Shown in pieces: positions 8,756-17,705 of a DNA stretch of 32,865 nucleotides (positions within the stretch are counted from its first letter, which is position 1; each line of letters opens with the position of its first letter). The stretch comes from an uncultured Gammaproteobacteria bacterium (GTDB taxonomy: Bacteria > Cyanobacteriota > Vampirovibrionia > LMEP-6097): positions 6,732 through 39,596 of the forward strand of contig CAZASO010000001.1 of NCBI GenBank assembly GCA_964487825.1, in the 5' to 3' direction. A program made the translations under genes and the position numbers. The notes under the pieces are model-generated. The model saw nothing but the letters and a program-made list of their open reading frames with translations. It searched no databases and was not told the DNA's origin.

Positions 8756-9562
8756 GTGGAGATAATAGCAGAATATCTAAACTACCTTGAGAATGAGCAG
8801 CTTTTGAGCTTTAATTCTTTGCGTTTATACAAGAGAGATCTTTTGGATTTTGAGGCTTTTGTTTCCAAGGAAATAAGAGTTGATGATTATAATATTTGCA
8901 ATCTAGATCCTAAGACTCTGGAGCTTTTTAAGCAATGGATAGAGAAACAGGGTAAATCTATAGCGAGTATTAATCGTAAACTCACTGCTTTGCATGGACT
9001 CTGGACTTGGTTGCGCAATGCATCAAGAGTCAAAGGAGATCCTTTTACTCAAGTAGAAAGAGAGGCTCAATATAGAAATAAAACTTTTGTTTTTTTAACT
9101 GAAGAAGAAATGCAAGAATTGCTGGATTGTGGAGAGCATAGTCTTCGTAGCAAAATTATACTAGAGCTTATTTATGCGACTGGTATTCGAGTAGGGGAGC
9201 TGCTTTCCTTAACTTTAGAAGATGTTGATTTGGATAATCAGTTGATTAGTATTCCTCACTCTGCCAAATATAAATCAAGAGTAGTGCCCTTCAATAAACT
9301 GCTCAAAGAATATTTACTTACTTATATCCATGAGCATAATTTGAAATTAGGACACAAGTTGTTTTTTACTAATAGCAAAGCCAGTGGAGAAGAGGTTTCT
9401 GCAAGAGAAATATTTAGGCTTGTCAAGCAAGCCGGAATTAAAGCTGGCTTGGAGCGTAAAATATCCCCCTCGATTATTCGCAATAGTTTTATTCAACACA
9501 TGAAAGACAGAGGTGCTTTCAAAGCTTTACTAAGAGATCTGACTGGGCAAAAAACTGTCTAA
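8756..9562 (+). CDS. XerC/XerD-like tyrosine recombinase-family protein, probably catalytically inactive
   Basis: N-terminal SAM-like domain (YKRDL, SINRKL), ELIYATGIRVGEL box I; box II degenerate (SPSIIRNSF) and ORF ends at LTGQKTV before the expected Tyr; GTG start. Confidence 0.88.
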   Translation: MEIIAEYLNYLENEQLLSFNSLRLYKRDLLDFEAFVSKEIRVDDYNICNLDPKTLELFKQWIEKQGKSIASINRKLTALHGLWTWLRNASRVKGDPFTQVEREAQYRNKTFVFLTEEEMQELLDCGEHSLRSKIILELIYATGIRVGELLSLTLEDVDLDNQLISIPHSAKYKSRVVPFNKLLKEYLLTYIHEHNLKLGHKLFFTNSKASGEEVSAREIFRLVKQAGIKAGLERKISPSIIRNSFIQHMKDRGAFKALLRDLTGQKTV

Positions 9563-9584
9563 GATTTGGGAGTAGGCTCTAAAC

Positions 9585-10580
9585 CTAATGTTGATGCGGA
9601 TCTAAGCGATCTCTCAACTCATCTCCAATCAGGCTAAAGCTAAGTACAGCAATGAAAATCAAAAAAGAAGGAGCCCAAAAGAAATGAGGTCTAGTTAAGA
9701 TGTTGCTTAACTCTCTTGCTTCGGCAAGGATATTGCCCCAGCTAGGATCTGGTTGATTGATGCCTAAGCCCAAAAAACTTAAAGCAGATTCTCCTACTAT
9801 ATAGCCGGGTATGGCTAAGGTTGCAGAGACTATAAGAAAACTAGCAGTATGAGGTACTAAGTGCTTGAGGATAATCCCTAGAGGCCGCTCACCTATTGCT
9901 TTAGAGGCAGTTATGAAATCTTGAGATTTAAGTGAAAGGATTTGACCTCTAATGATTCTGCTAAGACCTGCCCAAGAAATAAAAGAAAGTATCACTGTGA
10001 TCATCAGAAATCTCTGAGTATTGCTGAGGCTGGCAGGAAGGATGGCAGAGAGTATGATGAGGATATATAAACCCGGCAAGCTCATGATGGCTTCAGCAAT
10101 GCGCATCATAATGTTGTCTACAAGACCACCAGCAAAGCCAGAGATAGAGCCATAGAGTATGGCTATGGGAAAACTTATAAGCAAGCCCAGAAAACCAATA
10201 CTCAAAGAAGGTCTAGACCCGTAGATTAATCTAGAGAGTAAATCTCGTCCCAGTTGATCTGTTCCAAGAAGATATAAATAAGCAGGTTTAGATGAGCCAC
10301 TTAGGTCTAGAGAGATAAGTTTTCGGTTTTCAAAAAAACGCAAATAATATTTATGGTCTTTGATTTCAAAACTTTCTTTTTTGAGGCTCAGGGGGTTTAG
10401 TTTGTAACTCTGCCTATAGATATAAAAACCTTTGTCAAAATGAATAGGACTGGCTGAAGCATAGCCAGCTTCTGGGTTCTGAGATATGGGATCATAGGGG
10501 GCTATATAGTCAGCAAAAATAGCAAGACTATATAGAAGTACTAAAATGGCAAGGCAAATATAGCTACTGAGCCTCTTCAT
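9585..10580 (-). CDS. Oligopeptide/dipeptide ABC transporter permease, OppC/DppC type
   Basis: IAPYDP, LLGTDQLGRDLLSRLIYG, EAA-like loop FITASKAIG, KHLVP, ESALSFLGLG..PSWG, GDELRDRLDP. Confidence 0.93.
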   Translation of the reverse strand: MKRLSSYICLAILVLLYSLAIFADYIAPYDPISQNPEAGYASASPIHFDKGFYIYRQSYKLNPLSLKKESFEIKDHKYYLRFFENRKLISLDLSGSSKPAYLYLLGTDQLGRDLLSRLIYGSRPSLSIGFLGLLISFPIAILYGSISGFAGGLVDNIMMRIAEAIMSLPGLYILIILSAILPASLSNTQRFLMITVILSFISWAGLSRIIRGQILSLKSQDFITASKAIGERPLGIILKHLVPHTASFLIVSATLAIPGYIVGESALSFLGLGINQPDPSWGNILAEARELSNILTRPHFFWAPSFLIFIAVLSFSLIGDELRDRLDPHQH

Positions 10581-10629
10581 ATAAGCCTAAATATCCCATG
10601 AAAAGAGGCTTTTGTCCTATAATATCTTT

Positions 10630-10965
10630 GTGCGATTTAGGCTTCTTGCTTGTATTTTATCCCTAGGTCTTAGCTCTTGTGCACTTTTCGATCAAAGATT
10701 AGTGGAGGCTAAGAATCGTCTTGAGGCTCAGCAATACGAAGAAGCTATAGAGCTTCTAGAGTCCTATCATCCTAGTGAGGCGGCACATAAACTTTTGGCT
10801 GAAGCTTATTTAGGTTCAGGGCTTAGGACTCTGCATAATCTATCTTTAGCCAAGGCAGATCGTTATCATTTAGCCAAAGATAAATTTACTAAAGCCATTA
10901 AGGCAGATCCTCGTAGCACCAAGATACAGGATTATTACCAGATGATTTTGAAGGAAGCTCCATGA
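10630..10965 (+). CDS. Small helical TPR-like lipoprotein
   Basis: Signal peptide with lipobox LSSC; TPR-like helices (YEEAIELL, FTKAIKADP); ORF track starts at TTG 10612, but GTG 10630 just after TATAAT is more plausible; 4-nt overlap with plsY. Confidence 0.7.
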   Translation: MRFRLLACILSLGLSSCALFDQRLVEAKNRLEAQQYEEAIELLESYHPSEAAHKLLAEAYLGSGLRTLHNLSLAKADRYHLAKDKFTKAIKADPRSTKIQDYYQMILKEAP

Positions 10966-11597
10966 AATTACTAATATTGTTTTTAGCTACTTATTTGATA
11001 GGAGCTATGCCTTTTGGTTATTGGCTGGGACTCGCTTATGGTAAGGATTTGACTAAGATTGGTAGTGCTAGTATCGGAGCCACTAATGTCCTTAGAAACA
11101 TCGGCAAATGGCAGGCTTTATTGGTTCTTTGTTTGGATGCTTTTAAGGGCTTTGCTCCAGTTTATTATGCCAAAAATTATTTTTTTGTATCTGAGACTTA
11201 TTCGGAGTGGTTCTTATTATTATTGACTTTTGTGCCTATTATCGCTCATAGTAAAAGTATTTTTTTGGGTTTTAAGGGTGGAAAGTCCTCAGCGACTGGT
11301 TTTGGAGTGCTTCTGGCTCTTAATTCTTGGGCGGCTTTGATTACGATTAGTATCTGGGTGGCGACCGTGTATATTAGCAAATATAGTTCTTTGGGTTCTA
11401 TAGTCTGTATACCTTTGGTTAGTCTTTGGCTTTATTTATTTGGAGAGTCTTTGCCTATTATTTCTTATGGATTTTTTACAACGGTGTATATCGTGCTTAT
11501 TAAACACCGTGCTAATATTCAGAGGCTTATTGCGGGTACTGAGCCCAAAATCAATCAGGCAGCCGTTTCTACTAGTAGCTCTACTAGCGCATCATAG
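10962..11597 (+). CDS. plsY: Glycerol-3-phosphate acyltransferase PlsY
   Basis: YLIGAMPFG, GSASIGATNVLR, DAFKG, HSxSIFLGFKGGK, KHRANIQRLIAGTE; multi-TM. Confidence 0.95.
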   Translation: MKLLILFLATYLIGAMPFGYWLGLAYGKDLTKIGSASIGATNVLRNIGKWQALLVLCLDAFKGFAPVYYAKNYFFVSETYSEWFLLLLTFVPIIAHSKSIFLGFKGGKSSATGFGVLLALNSWAALITISIWVATVYISKYSSLGSIVCIPLVSLWLYLFGESLPIISYGFFTTVYIVLIKHRANIQRLIAGTEPKINQAAVSTSSSTSAS

Positions 11598-12493
11598 CTA
11601 ATCCCAGTGGCTGCGGCTTGAGCAGGAAGATCACTGGTGTCTGTCATACCCGGCAGGCTATTGAGTTCTAGGATATATGGCTCTTCTCCATCAATAATAA
11701 AATCTACTCTTGCAAAAGCAGAACAAGCTAAAGTTCTATAAGCTTGAAGAGCAGCTTTATGTATTTTGAGGCTAAGTTCGGGGCTGAGTCTAGCTGGCAA
11801 AATAAATTCAGTTAAGCCTTTGGTGTATTTGGCTTCATAGTCATAAAATTCCTTGAGAGGTTTAAGCTCTAGAATAGGCAGAGAGACTAGATCTGAGTCT
11901 ATAAGACAGTCCGCATTACAAGGCAAGTCAGATCTATAGGGAATGATGCTAGTCGTCACTTCTGTACCTTTGATAAAAGGTTCTACAAAATATTTGGAAG
12001 CATCTTCTACTTGGTTAGCAAAATTACGAAGTTCAGCAAGGTTATTTGCTTTGACTATACCTACACTAGAACCATCAGAGATGGGTTTGGCGATATAAGC
12101 TCTTTCGCTAAGTTCAGTTTCTAGAAGTGAGAACGCTGGCAAAACCGCTAAGCCAGAGGCTTTGAGCAAGGCTTTGCTCTGTAATTTATTCATAGCAAGA
12201 GCACTAGCAAGAACAGAAGAGCCAGTATATGGGATTTTGATTAATTCTAGGAGTCCTTGAAGACAGCCGTCTTCTCCATAAGTGCCGTGGCTAACTAAAA
12301 TAGCTAGGTCTATATTTGGAGAGATTCGGACTAGCTCTGAGATGGAATTAAGATCACGAAGATCAAAAAGTTGAGCTTTGCTGTAGCCGAGTCTGACCAA
12401 AGCCGCATGAACATTGGTTCCAGACCTCAATGAGACTTCTCGTTCTTGAGAGAAACCCCCACAAATTACTAAGATACGGAGATTAGTTCTCAT
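11555..12493 (-). CDS. ddl: D-alanine--D-alanine ligase
   Basis: GGFSQEREVSLRSG, HGTYGEDG, IPYTGS, KP..GSSVG, FYDYEAKY, ARVDF, ELNSLPGMT. Confidence 0.97.
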   Translation of the reverse strand: MRTNLRILVICGGFSQEREVSLRSGTNVHAALVRLGYSKAQLFDLRDLNSISELVRISPNIDLAILVSHGTYGEDGCLQGLLELIKIPYTGSSVLASALAMNKLQSKALLKASGLAVLPAFSLLETELSERAYIAKPISDGSSVGIVKANNLAELRNFANQVEDASKYFVEPFIKGTEVTTSIIPYRSDLPCNADCLIDSDLVSLPILELKPLKEFYDYEAKYTKGLTEFILPARLSPELSLKIHKAALQAYRTLACSAFARVDFIIDGEEPYILELNSLPGMTDTSDLPAQAAATGISYDALVELLVETAA

Positions 12494-13461
12494 GAAAGTA
12501 TCTTCATGCCGAGCTTAGAGATCAGTTCATGATCTTCAGTCTCACCTAAATTGTCGGTGGTGAGTAGTTTGGCGCCAGTATGTATGCTGTTAGCACCAGC
12601 AATAAAACAAAGAGCTTGAAGTTCTTGGCTCATATGTAATCTGCCAGCAGAGAGTCTGATACGGGCTTGGGGCATAAGTATGCGAGCTGTAGCAACGCAT
12701 CGAAGCAAATCAAAAGGATCGACATTAGGTTTGTCTTGCTTTTGAGCTTCTAGTTTTTGGTATTGGGGTGTACCTTCTATGGGTACTAGAACATTGATGG
12801 GGACTGAACTTGGTTGAGGATCCATATTGGCGAGTACCGCAAGAAAACTAATCCTGTCTTCTGCGCTTTCTCCTAGACCTAAAATACCACCGCAGCAGAC
12901 TTCTATGCCAGCAGCTCGGACATTCATGATGGTTTCTATCCTGTCTTCAAAAGACCTCGTAGAGATGATTTGAGGGTAATACTCTGGAGAGCTATCTATG
13001 TTGTGGTTATAGCTATGTAAACCGGCTTCTTTGAGTGCCAGTGCCTGTTCTGGAGTGAGCATGCCTAGAGTGGCACAGGGTTCTAGACCCATAGCTTTGA
13101 CTTTAGAGATCGCACTTAAGACTCTATCAAAATCAGCTCCCTTGGGGGCTGATCTCCAAGCGGCTCCCATGCAAAATCTAGTAGAGCCGTTATTTTTGGC
13201 AGCAGCGGCTTCTTTGAGTATGGCTTCTTCTGAGATTAGTGGTTCTGCGTTGAGACCAGTATCATAGCGAGCAGACTGAGAGCAATAATTACAGTCCTCG
13301 GGGCAGGCCCCAGTCTTAATACTGGATAGGGTGCAAAACTGTATACTGTTGGGGTCATGATATTTTCGGTGCAAGCTTTGAGCTTCGTAGATAAGCTCAG
13401 GGAAAGGCTTTGAGAAGATTTTTTGTATTTCTTGATGACTATATTTAGTAGCACTTGCCAT
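12490..13461 (-). CDS. bioB: Biotin synthase
   Basis: SIKTGACPEDCNYCSQS radical SAM motif, RFCMGAAW, YNHNID, VPIN, IRLSAGR, GANSI, KLLT. Confidence 0.97.
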   Translation of the reverse strand: MASATKYSHQEIQKIFSKPFPELIYEAQSLHRKYHDPNSIQFCTLSSIKTGACPEDCNYCSQSARYDTGLNAEPLISEEAILKEAAAAKNNGSTRFCMGAAWRSAPKGADFDRVLSAISKVKAMGLEPCATLGMLTPEQALALKEAGLHSYNHNIDSSPEYYPQIISTRSFEDRIETIMNVRAAGIEVCCGGILGLGESAEDRISFLAVLANMDPQPSSVPINVLVPIEGTPQYQKLEAQKQDKPNVDPFDLLRCVATARILMPQARIRLSAGRLHMSQELQALCFIAGANSIHTGAKLLTTDNLGETEDHELISKLGMKILS

Positions 13462-13463
13462 AA

Positions 13464-13751
13464 CTAGTTGAGTAGACCGATTTTGCTAGGTTTTTTGTTG
13501 ACCAAGGGTACATTGGTAGAAATAACCGCAGATCTGTCATCGTTAGACTGGATGATACATTCTGCATGATCTGGATCTATATCGAAGTATTTAGACATGA
13601 CTTCGAGGAGTTCTTTTTTCATTTTTTCGATTTGGGCGGGTGGCATCTGCTGCCTATCATGAATGACCATAAGTTTCATTCGATTTTTGGCTGAATATTT
13701 GCTGCCTTTTTCTGGGATATTGAATAACCAATCTAATATAGTTTTGAGCAT
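13464..13751 (-). CDS. minE: Cell division topological specificity factor MinE
   Basis: SAKNRMKLMVIHDR, MKKELLEVMSKY; directly downstream of minD. Confidence 0.95.
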   Translation of the reverse strand: MLKTILDWLFNIPEKGSKYSAKNRMKLMVIHDRQQMPPAQIEKMKKELLEVMSKYFDIDPDHAECIIQSNDDRSAVISTNVPLVNKKPSKIGLLN

Positions 13752-13754
13752 GAT

Positions 13755-14567
13755 TTATTTGAATATTGCTTTTAATTTACCTAAGAAACCTAGTCTACGA
13801 TTGAGTTTGAGGAAGGGGACATCTTCACCCAAAAGTCTACGGGCTATATTGCGATAAGCCTGTCCAGCTAGTTTGTTGTCAGTGAGTGAGAGTGGTTCGC
13901 CTTTGTTGGTGGAGATGACTATAGCCTCATCATCTGGTACTACTCCTAGAAGATCTATGGAGAGTATCTCGCAGACATCTTCTACACTCATCATATCGTT
14001 GGTCTCTACGAGACCGGGTTTCAGGCGATTGATGACTAGTCTATAACTATCTAGTTCGTTCTTGCGGGCTTCTAGTAGTCCTACTATCCTATCTGCGTCT
14101 CTCACTGAGGACATTTCAGGAGTAACTACGACGATAGCTTCATCGGCTCCAGCGATGCTGTTCTGAAAACCAGACTCTATGCCGGCTGGACAGTCGATGA
14201 CTACAAAATCAAACATAGTTGCAAGATCTGTAACTAATTCTTTGACTTGTTCTGCGCTAACACAGTTCTTATCACGGGTTTGAGCTGCTGGCATCAATGA
14301 CAGATTGGGTAGTTTTTTGTCTTTGACTAGAGCTTGTTTGACTTTGCAAGTTCCTTCTATAACATCCACCAAGTTGTAGACGATACGGTTCTCTAGACCC
14401 ATGAGTATATCTAGGTTGCGTAAACCGATATCCATATCTATAAGACAAACGCTTTTGCCAAGGTCTGCAAGAGCTGCTCCTATATTGGCAGTGGTGGTAG
14501 TTTTACCTACTCCACCTTTGCCCGATGTTACTACTATTACTCTGCCTTTTTTCATGTCTTCTGTCAT
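13755..14567 (-). CDS. minD: Septum site-determining ATPase MinD
   Basis: TSGKGGVGKTT deviant Walker A, DIGLRNLD, DCPAGIE, DADRIVGLL, C-terminal amphipathic helix FLGKLKAIF. Confidence 0.98.
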   Translation of the reverse strand: MTEDMKKGRVIVVTSGKGGVGKTTTTANIGAALADLGKSVCLIDMDIGLRNLDILMGLENRIVYNLVDVIEGTCKVKQALVKDKKLPNLSLMPAAQTRDKNCVSAEQVKELVTDLATMFDFVVIDCPAGIESGFQNSIAGADEAIVVVTPEMSSVRDADRIVGLLEARKNELDSYRLVINRLKPGLVETNDMMSVEDVCEILSIDLLGVVPDDEAIVISTNKGEPLSLTDNKLAGQAYRNIARRLLGEDVPFLKLNRRLGFLGKLKAIFK

Positions 14568-14578
14568 TCAAATCCCCA

Positions 14579-15295
14579 TTAGTTTTTTAAGATCTTGATC
14601 TCATTATCCACTATGCGCGCTATCTCTGGTGTGATAGTTTTTTTGTCTTTAAGAAATTTTTGTGCTTTATGCATTTTGGAGGAGATAGCTATGAGTTTGT
14701 CTGCGATCCTCAGTTGTCCGCAATCCAGTCTGTGAGCGGCAACAATGGCTGTCTCATCTCCGTCGGCTCCAGCATGAGCCAAGCCCCTAAGGTTGCCCCA
14801 GACTATAATATCTCCTTTGGCAATAAGTTCTGCTTGGGGATTGACATCTCCAAAAATCACCAAATTTCCCGGATAACGCACTAATTGACCTGATCTAATG
14901 TTGTGTTTGATGAATAGAGTTTCTGGTAGATTGGAGACTATTTCGGCTTGTTCTTTCTGTCTTTGAGACTGTAGTTCAGGATCTAAAAGCTTAGCGTCTA
15001 TACTATCCTCACTATTATTTTTGGAGAGACCTTTTAGAGCTATATTATGTCTATTGAGTTCTAGCTCTATGTTTTTGATAAGTTCCGAAATATCTGAATC
15101 TAAAGCTTCTTCAAGATCTAGCTCCTCTGGAACTATCAAGGATACGGAGTTTCCTCTCAGAAATGCCTCTATGTTTTTAAGATAGTTTTTAAAGTCCTCA
15201 AGGAAAGTATCAGAGCGAAGATTTTCTTGAGAAAGATCTAAATAGCTAGCCTTTTTGCTTTGTTTTATTCTGATTTTGGATTTAAGTTTGGGCAT
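14579..15295 (-). CDS. minC: Septum site-determining protein MinC
   Basis: C-terminal domain IRSGQ..GNLVIFGDVNPQAELIAKGDIIVWGNLRGLAHAG; divergent N-terminus; upstream of minD. Confidence 0.95.
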   Translation of the reverse strand: MPKLKSKIRIKQSKKASYLDLSQENLRSDTFLEDFKNYLKNIEAFLRGNSVSLIVPEELDLEEALDSDISELIKNIELELNRHNIALKGLSKNNSEDSIDAKLLDPELQSQRQKEQAEIVSNLPETLFIKHNIRSGQLVRYPGNLVIFGDVNPQAELIAKGDIIVWGNLRGLAHAGADGDETAIVAAHRLDCGQLRIADKLIAISSKMHKAQKFLKDKKTITPEIARIVDNEIKILKN

Positions 15296-15399
15296 TGAGG
15301 GGAACTTTTTGGCAGAGGCTAAAAATAAGTGACAACCTAATTATTTTACACTAGAGTAGATTTTTTGCGATTTTGAAAAAGGCCTTATACTGTTAGTTA

Positions 15400-16494
15400 A
15401 TGTTTGAGAAGCATGATAAATCTCTTAATTATTGGCAGAAAAGAGCTTATCAGAGTAATTTTTTTGCAATTTGGTGTGCTTTCTTCCTTGGCTTAGCTTT
15501 TTTGCTTAGACCAATTTGGGGAATTATAGTTTCTTTATTTATGGGTATATTGTTATATTACCTTTTGTCTGCGCCTGTATCTTTCTTGGCGAAGTATATT
15601 AGATCCAGAGTTTTTTCTATAGTCATTATAGTTCTCAGTGCCTTTTTTGGTTTAGCCATGTTGGGTGTCTATCTTACTCCTCTTTTGAGTATGGAGATTA
15701 AAGAATTCAGCAAAATACTTCCCTATCTTTTGGGAGAGTTGAAACAAACGATTTTGATAATTAATGGATATCTAGCTAGTTATCATCTGGAGATACCAGT
15801 TCATTATTTCAATGAAGAAGAGTTTGTAAACTCTGTATTGCCCATGCTGAGCCAGTTTAAGGTTAGTGATTTCGGATCTTCTCTTGGTGCTTTCATTATG
15901 AGTAGTATGTCCATGTTGCTTTATACTCTACTTACTCTGATTTTTACTTTTTATCTTTTGGCTGATGGACAGAGGGCTTGGGAGATTATTATTCTTCCTT
16001 TCAACAAACGATTTCAAATGCATCTCAATGCAATTAGAGCCAGAGTTAATGCTTCTTTACATGCTTACATTCTTGGCCAATTCCAAATAGCCTCTATGAC
16101 GGCAACTGTGATGCTACTAACTTATTCTTTGCTTGGTAGTAGTTATGCGGTTTTGCTCGCGGTGGTGCAACTCTTAGAGATAGTGCCGATGATAGGTACT
16201 TGGACGGCGATAGTCCCTTCGCTAGCAGTCATAGCTTACACTAGCGGCACCACCAAATTCCTTATAGCTCTTGGAGTTTATTTGTTTTACACCCAAGTTA
16301 TTCGTGATAATTTTGTTGCACCTAGATTGTTAGGAGATGCGCTTGGTTTTCATCCACTTGGCATAGTTATGACTTTTGCTATAGGAGCCAAGATAGGGGG
16401 TGCGGTGGGAGTGATTTTGGCTTTGCCTATTATGGCAGTGATAGCTGCTATTACTGGGCATTTCATAGAGATGTCTAAACTCAAATCACGCTAA
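15400..16494 (+). CDS. AI-2E (PerM/YhhT) family transporter
   Basis: 364 aa multi-TM; FYLLADG, YILGQ, IVPMIG, PRLLGDALGFHP, GAVGVILALP. Confidence 0.92.
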   Translation: MFEKHDKSLNYWQKRAYQSNFFAIWCAFFLGLAFLLRPIWGIIVSLFMGILLYYLLSAPVSFLAKYIRSRVFSIVIIVLSAFFGLAMLGVYLTPLLSMEIKEFSKILPYLLGELKQTILIINGYLASYHLEIPVHYFNEEEFVNSVLPMLSQFKVSDFGSSLGAFIMSSMSMLLYTLLTLIFTFYLLADGQRAWEIIILPFNKRFQMHLNAIRARVNASLHAYILGQFQIASMTATVMLLTYSLLGSSYAVLLAVVQLLEIVPMIGTWTAIVPSLAVIAYTSGTTKFLIALGVYLFYTQVIRDNFVAPRLLGDALGFHPLGIVMTFAIGAKIGGAVGVILALPIMAVIAAITGHFIEMSKLKSR

Positions 16495-16503
16495 ACTTAG
16501 TTT

Positions 16504-16815
16504 ATGGCTTCTATTTCTGTTCATGAATTGCAAGGCTTAGACCCGCACTCTTACTGTCTTCTAGATGTTAGAAGATTAGATGAGTATAACTATTGTAATC
16601 TGGGAGCCCAGCATATTCCTATGTCAGAGATTCCAGAGAGATATCAAGAGATCCCTCGGGACATCAAAGTTATAGTGCATTGTCATCATGGAGGGCGCAG
16701 CCAAAAAGTTATAGATTATTTGACGAGAGAGCATGGCTTCTCTAACCTCCTGAACCTAGAAGGTGGTATAGAGGCTTGGTCTCAAGAAATAGATCCTAAG
16801 GTGCCCAGATATTAG
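16504..16815 (+). CDS. Single-domain rhodanese (sulfurtransferase)
   Basis: LLDVR..EY, active-site loop CHHGGRS, NLEGGIEAW, ends IDPKVPRY like the rhodanese domain of MoeB/MoeZ fusions. Confidence 0.93.
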   Translation: MASISVHELQGLDPHSYCLLDVRRLDEYNYCNLGAQHIPMSEIPERYQEIPRDIKVIVHCHHGGRSQKVIDYLTREHGFSNLLNLEGGIEAWSQEIDPKVPRY

Positions 16816-16817
16816 AG

Positions 16818-17705
16818 ATGCGTAACAGATATATTTATGGTCCAGTTCGCTCATGGCGCTCAGGATGCTCTCTGGGAGTAGATCCTATTGGTGATATTAG
16901 TACTTGTAGTTTCAATTGTGTTTATTGTCAGTTGGGTCGTATCCAAAATATTACGACAGAGATTAGAACTTATGTACCGACTGAGTATATAGTAGAAGAC
17001 CTCAAACTATTTTATGAACAAGGACTTTTTAGTTTGGAGTCAGGCTTGAATCATAGTCTTGATGTGATTACTTTGGCTGGTTCTGGGGAACCTACTCTAG
17101 CAGCCAATTTGGGAGAGATTATAGACTCCATACGCGCTTGGACTCAGAGCCTCTCTTCTCGTAGTATACCTATCTCTATTTTGACTAATGCTACTTTGCT
17201 GGGAGATCCTATGGTGAGAGAGCGAGCCTCCAAAGCAGACAGACTCTCTCTAAAATTAGATGCTGTAGATGAAGAAAGCCTTAAAGCCATTAACCAAGCG
17301 GCTTCTGGGATTAGTCTGCGTGGGATAGTAGAGGGTATCCAAGCATTTAAGGCAGAATATTCGAAGACTTGTGATTTGCAGTTGCAAATTATGCTTATGC
17401 CAAAACAAATCCAAGACCCAGAATTTATAGCTAAACTTGCAGCTTTGATAGCAGAGATCTCTATCTTCAAAATCCAACTCAATACCCCAACTAGACCTAA
17501 GCCCAAAGGAGTTAGCTATCTTATCGAAACCAGAGGTAATCATTATCACGAGGCTTCTAACTCTGAGTTTGGCTCTGAGATTGAGTTTCAGGAACTTCCT
17601 GTCATAAGTCCTGATCAGGCTTGGGCTCTGGAACAGTGTTTGAGGGTTTTGCTTGAAGGGGCTTCTAATTTAGAGATTATCAATGTCTATAAAACCCCCA
17701 GTTGA
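16818..17705 (+). CDS. Radical SAM protein, COG0731 (TYW1-related) family, function unknown
   Basis: YGPVRSWRSGxSLGVD, CSFNCVYC, GSGEPTL, ILTN, LKLDA, NTPTRP. Confidence 0.9.
   Translation: MRNRYIYGPVRSWRSGCSLGVDPIGDISTCSFNCVYCQLGRIQNITTEIRTYVPTEYIVEDLKLFYEQGLFSLESGLNHSLDVITLAGSGEPTLAANLGEIIDSIRAWTQSLSSRSIPISILTNATLLGDPMVRERASKADRLSLKLDAVDEESLKAINQAASGISLRGIVEGIQAFKAEYSKTCDLQLQIMLMPKQIQDPEFIAKLAALIAEISIFKIQLNTPTRPKPKGVSYLIETRGNHYHEASNSEFGSEIEFQELPVISPDQAWALEQCLRVLLEGASNLEIINVYKTPS

Noticed and set aside
8756-9562. Integrase marking a prophage or genomic island
   Set aside because: Flanked by core genes with no tRNA, att-like repeats or cargo; catalytic residues missing
9542-9640. Frameshift or readthrough at CAAAAAA restoring the Xer catalytic Tyr
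   Set aside because: None of the three frames gives a Tyr before a stop, and the oppC-like gene occupies the opposite strand from 9585
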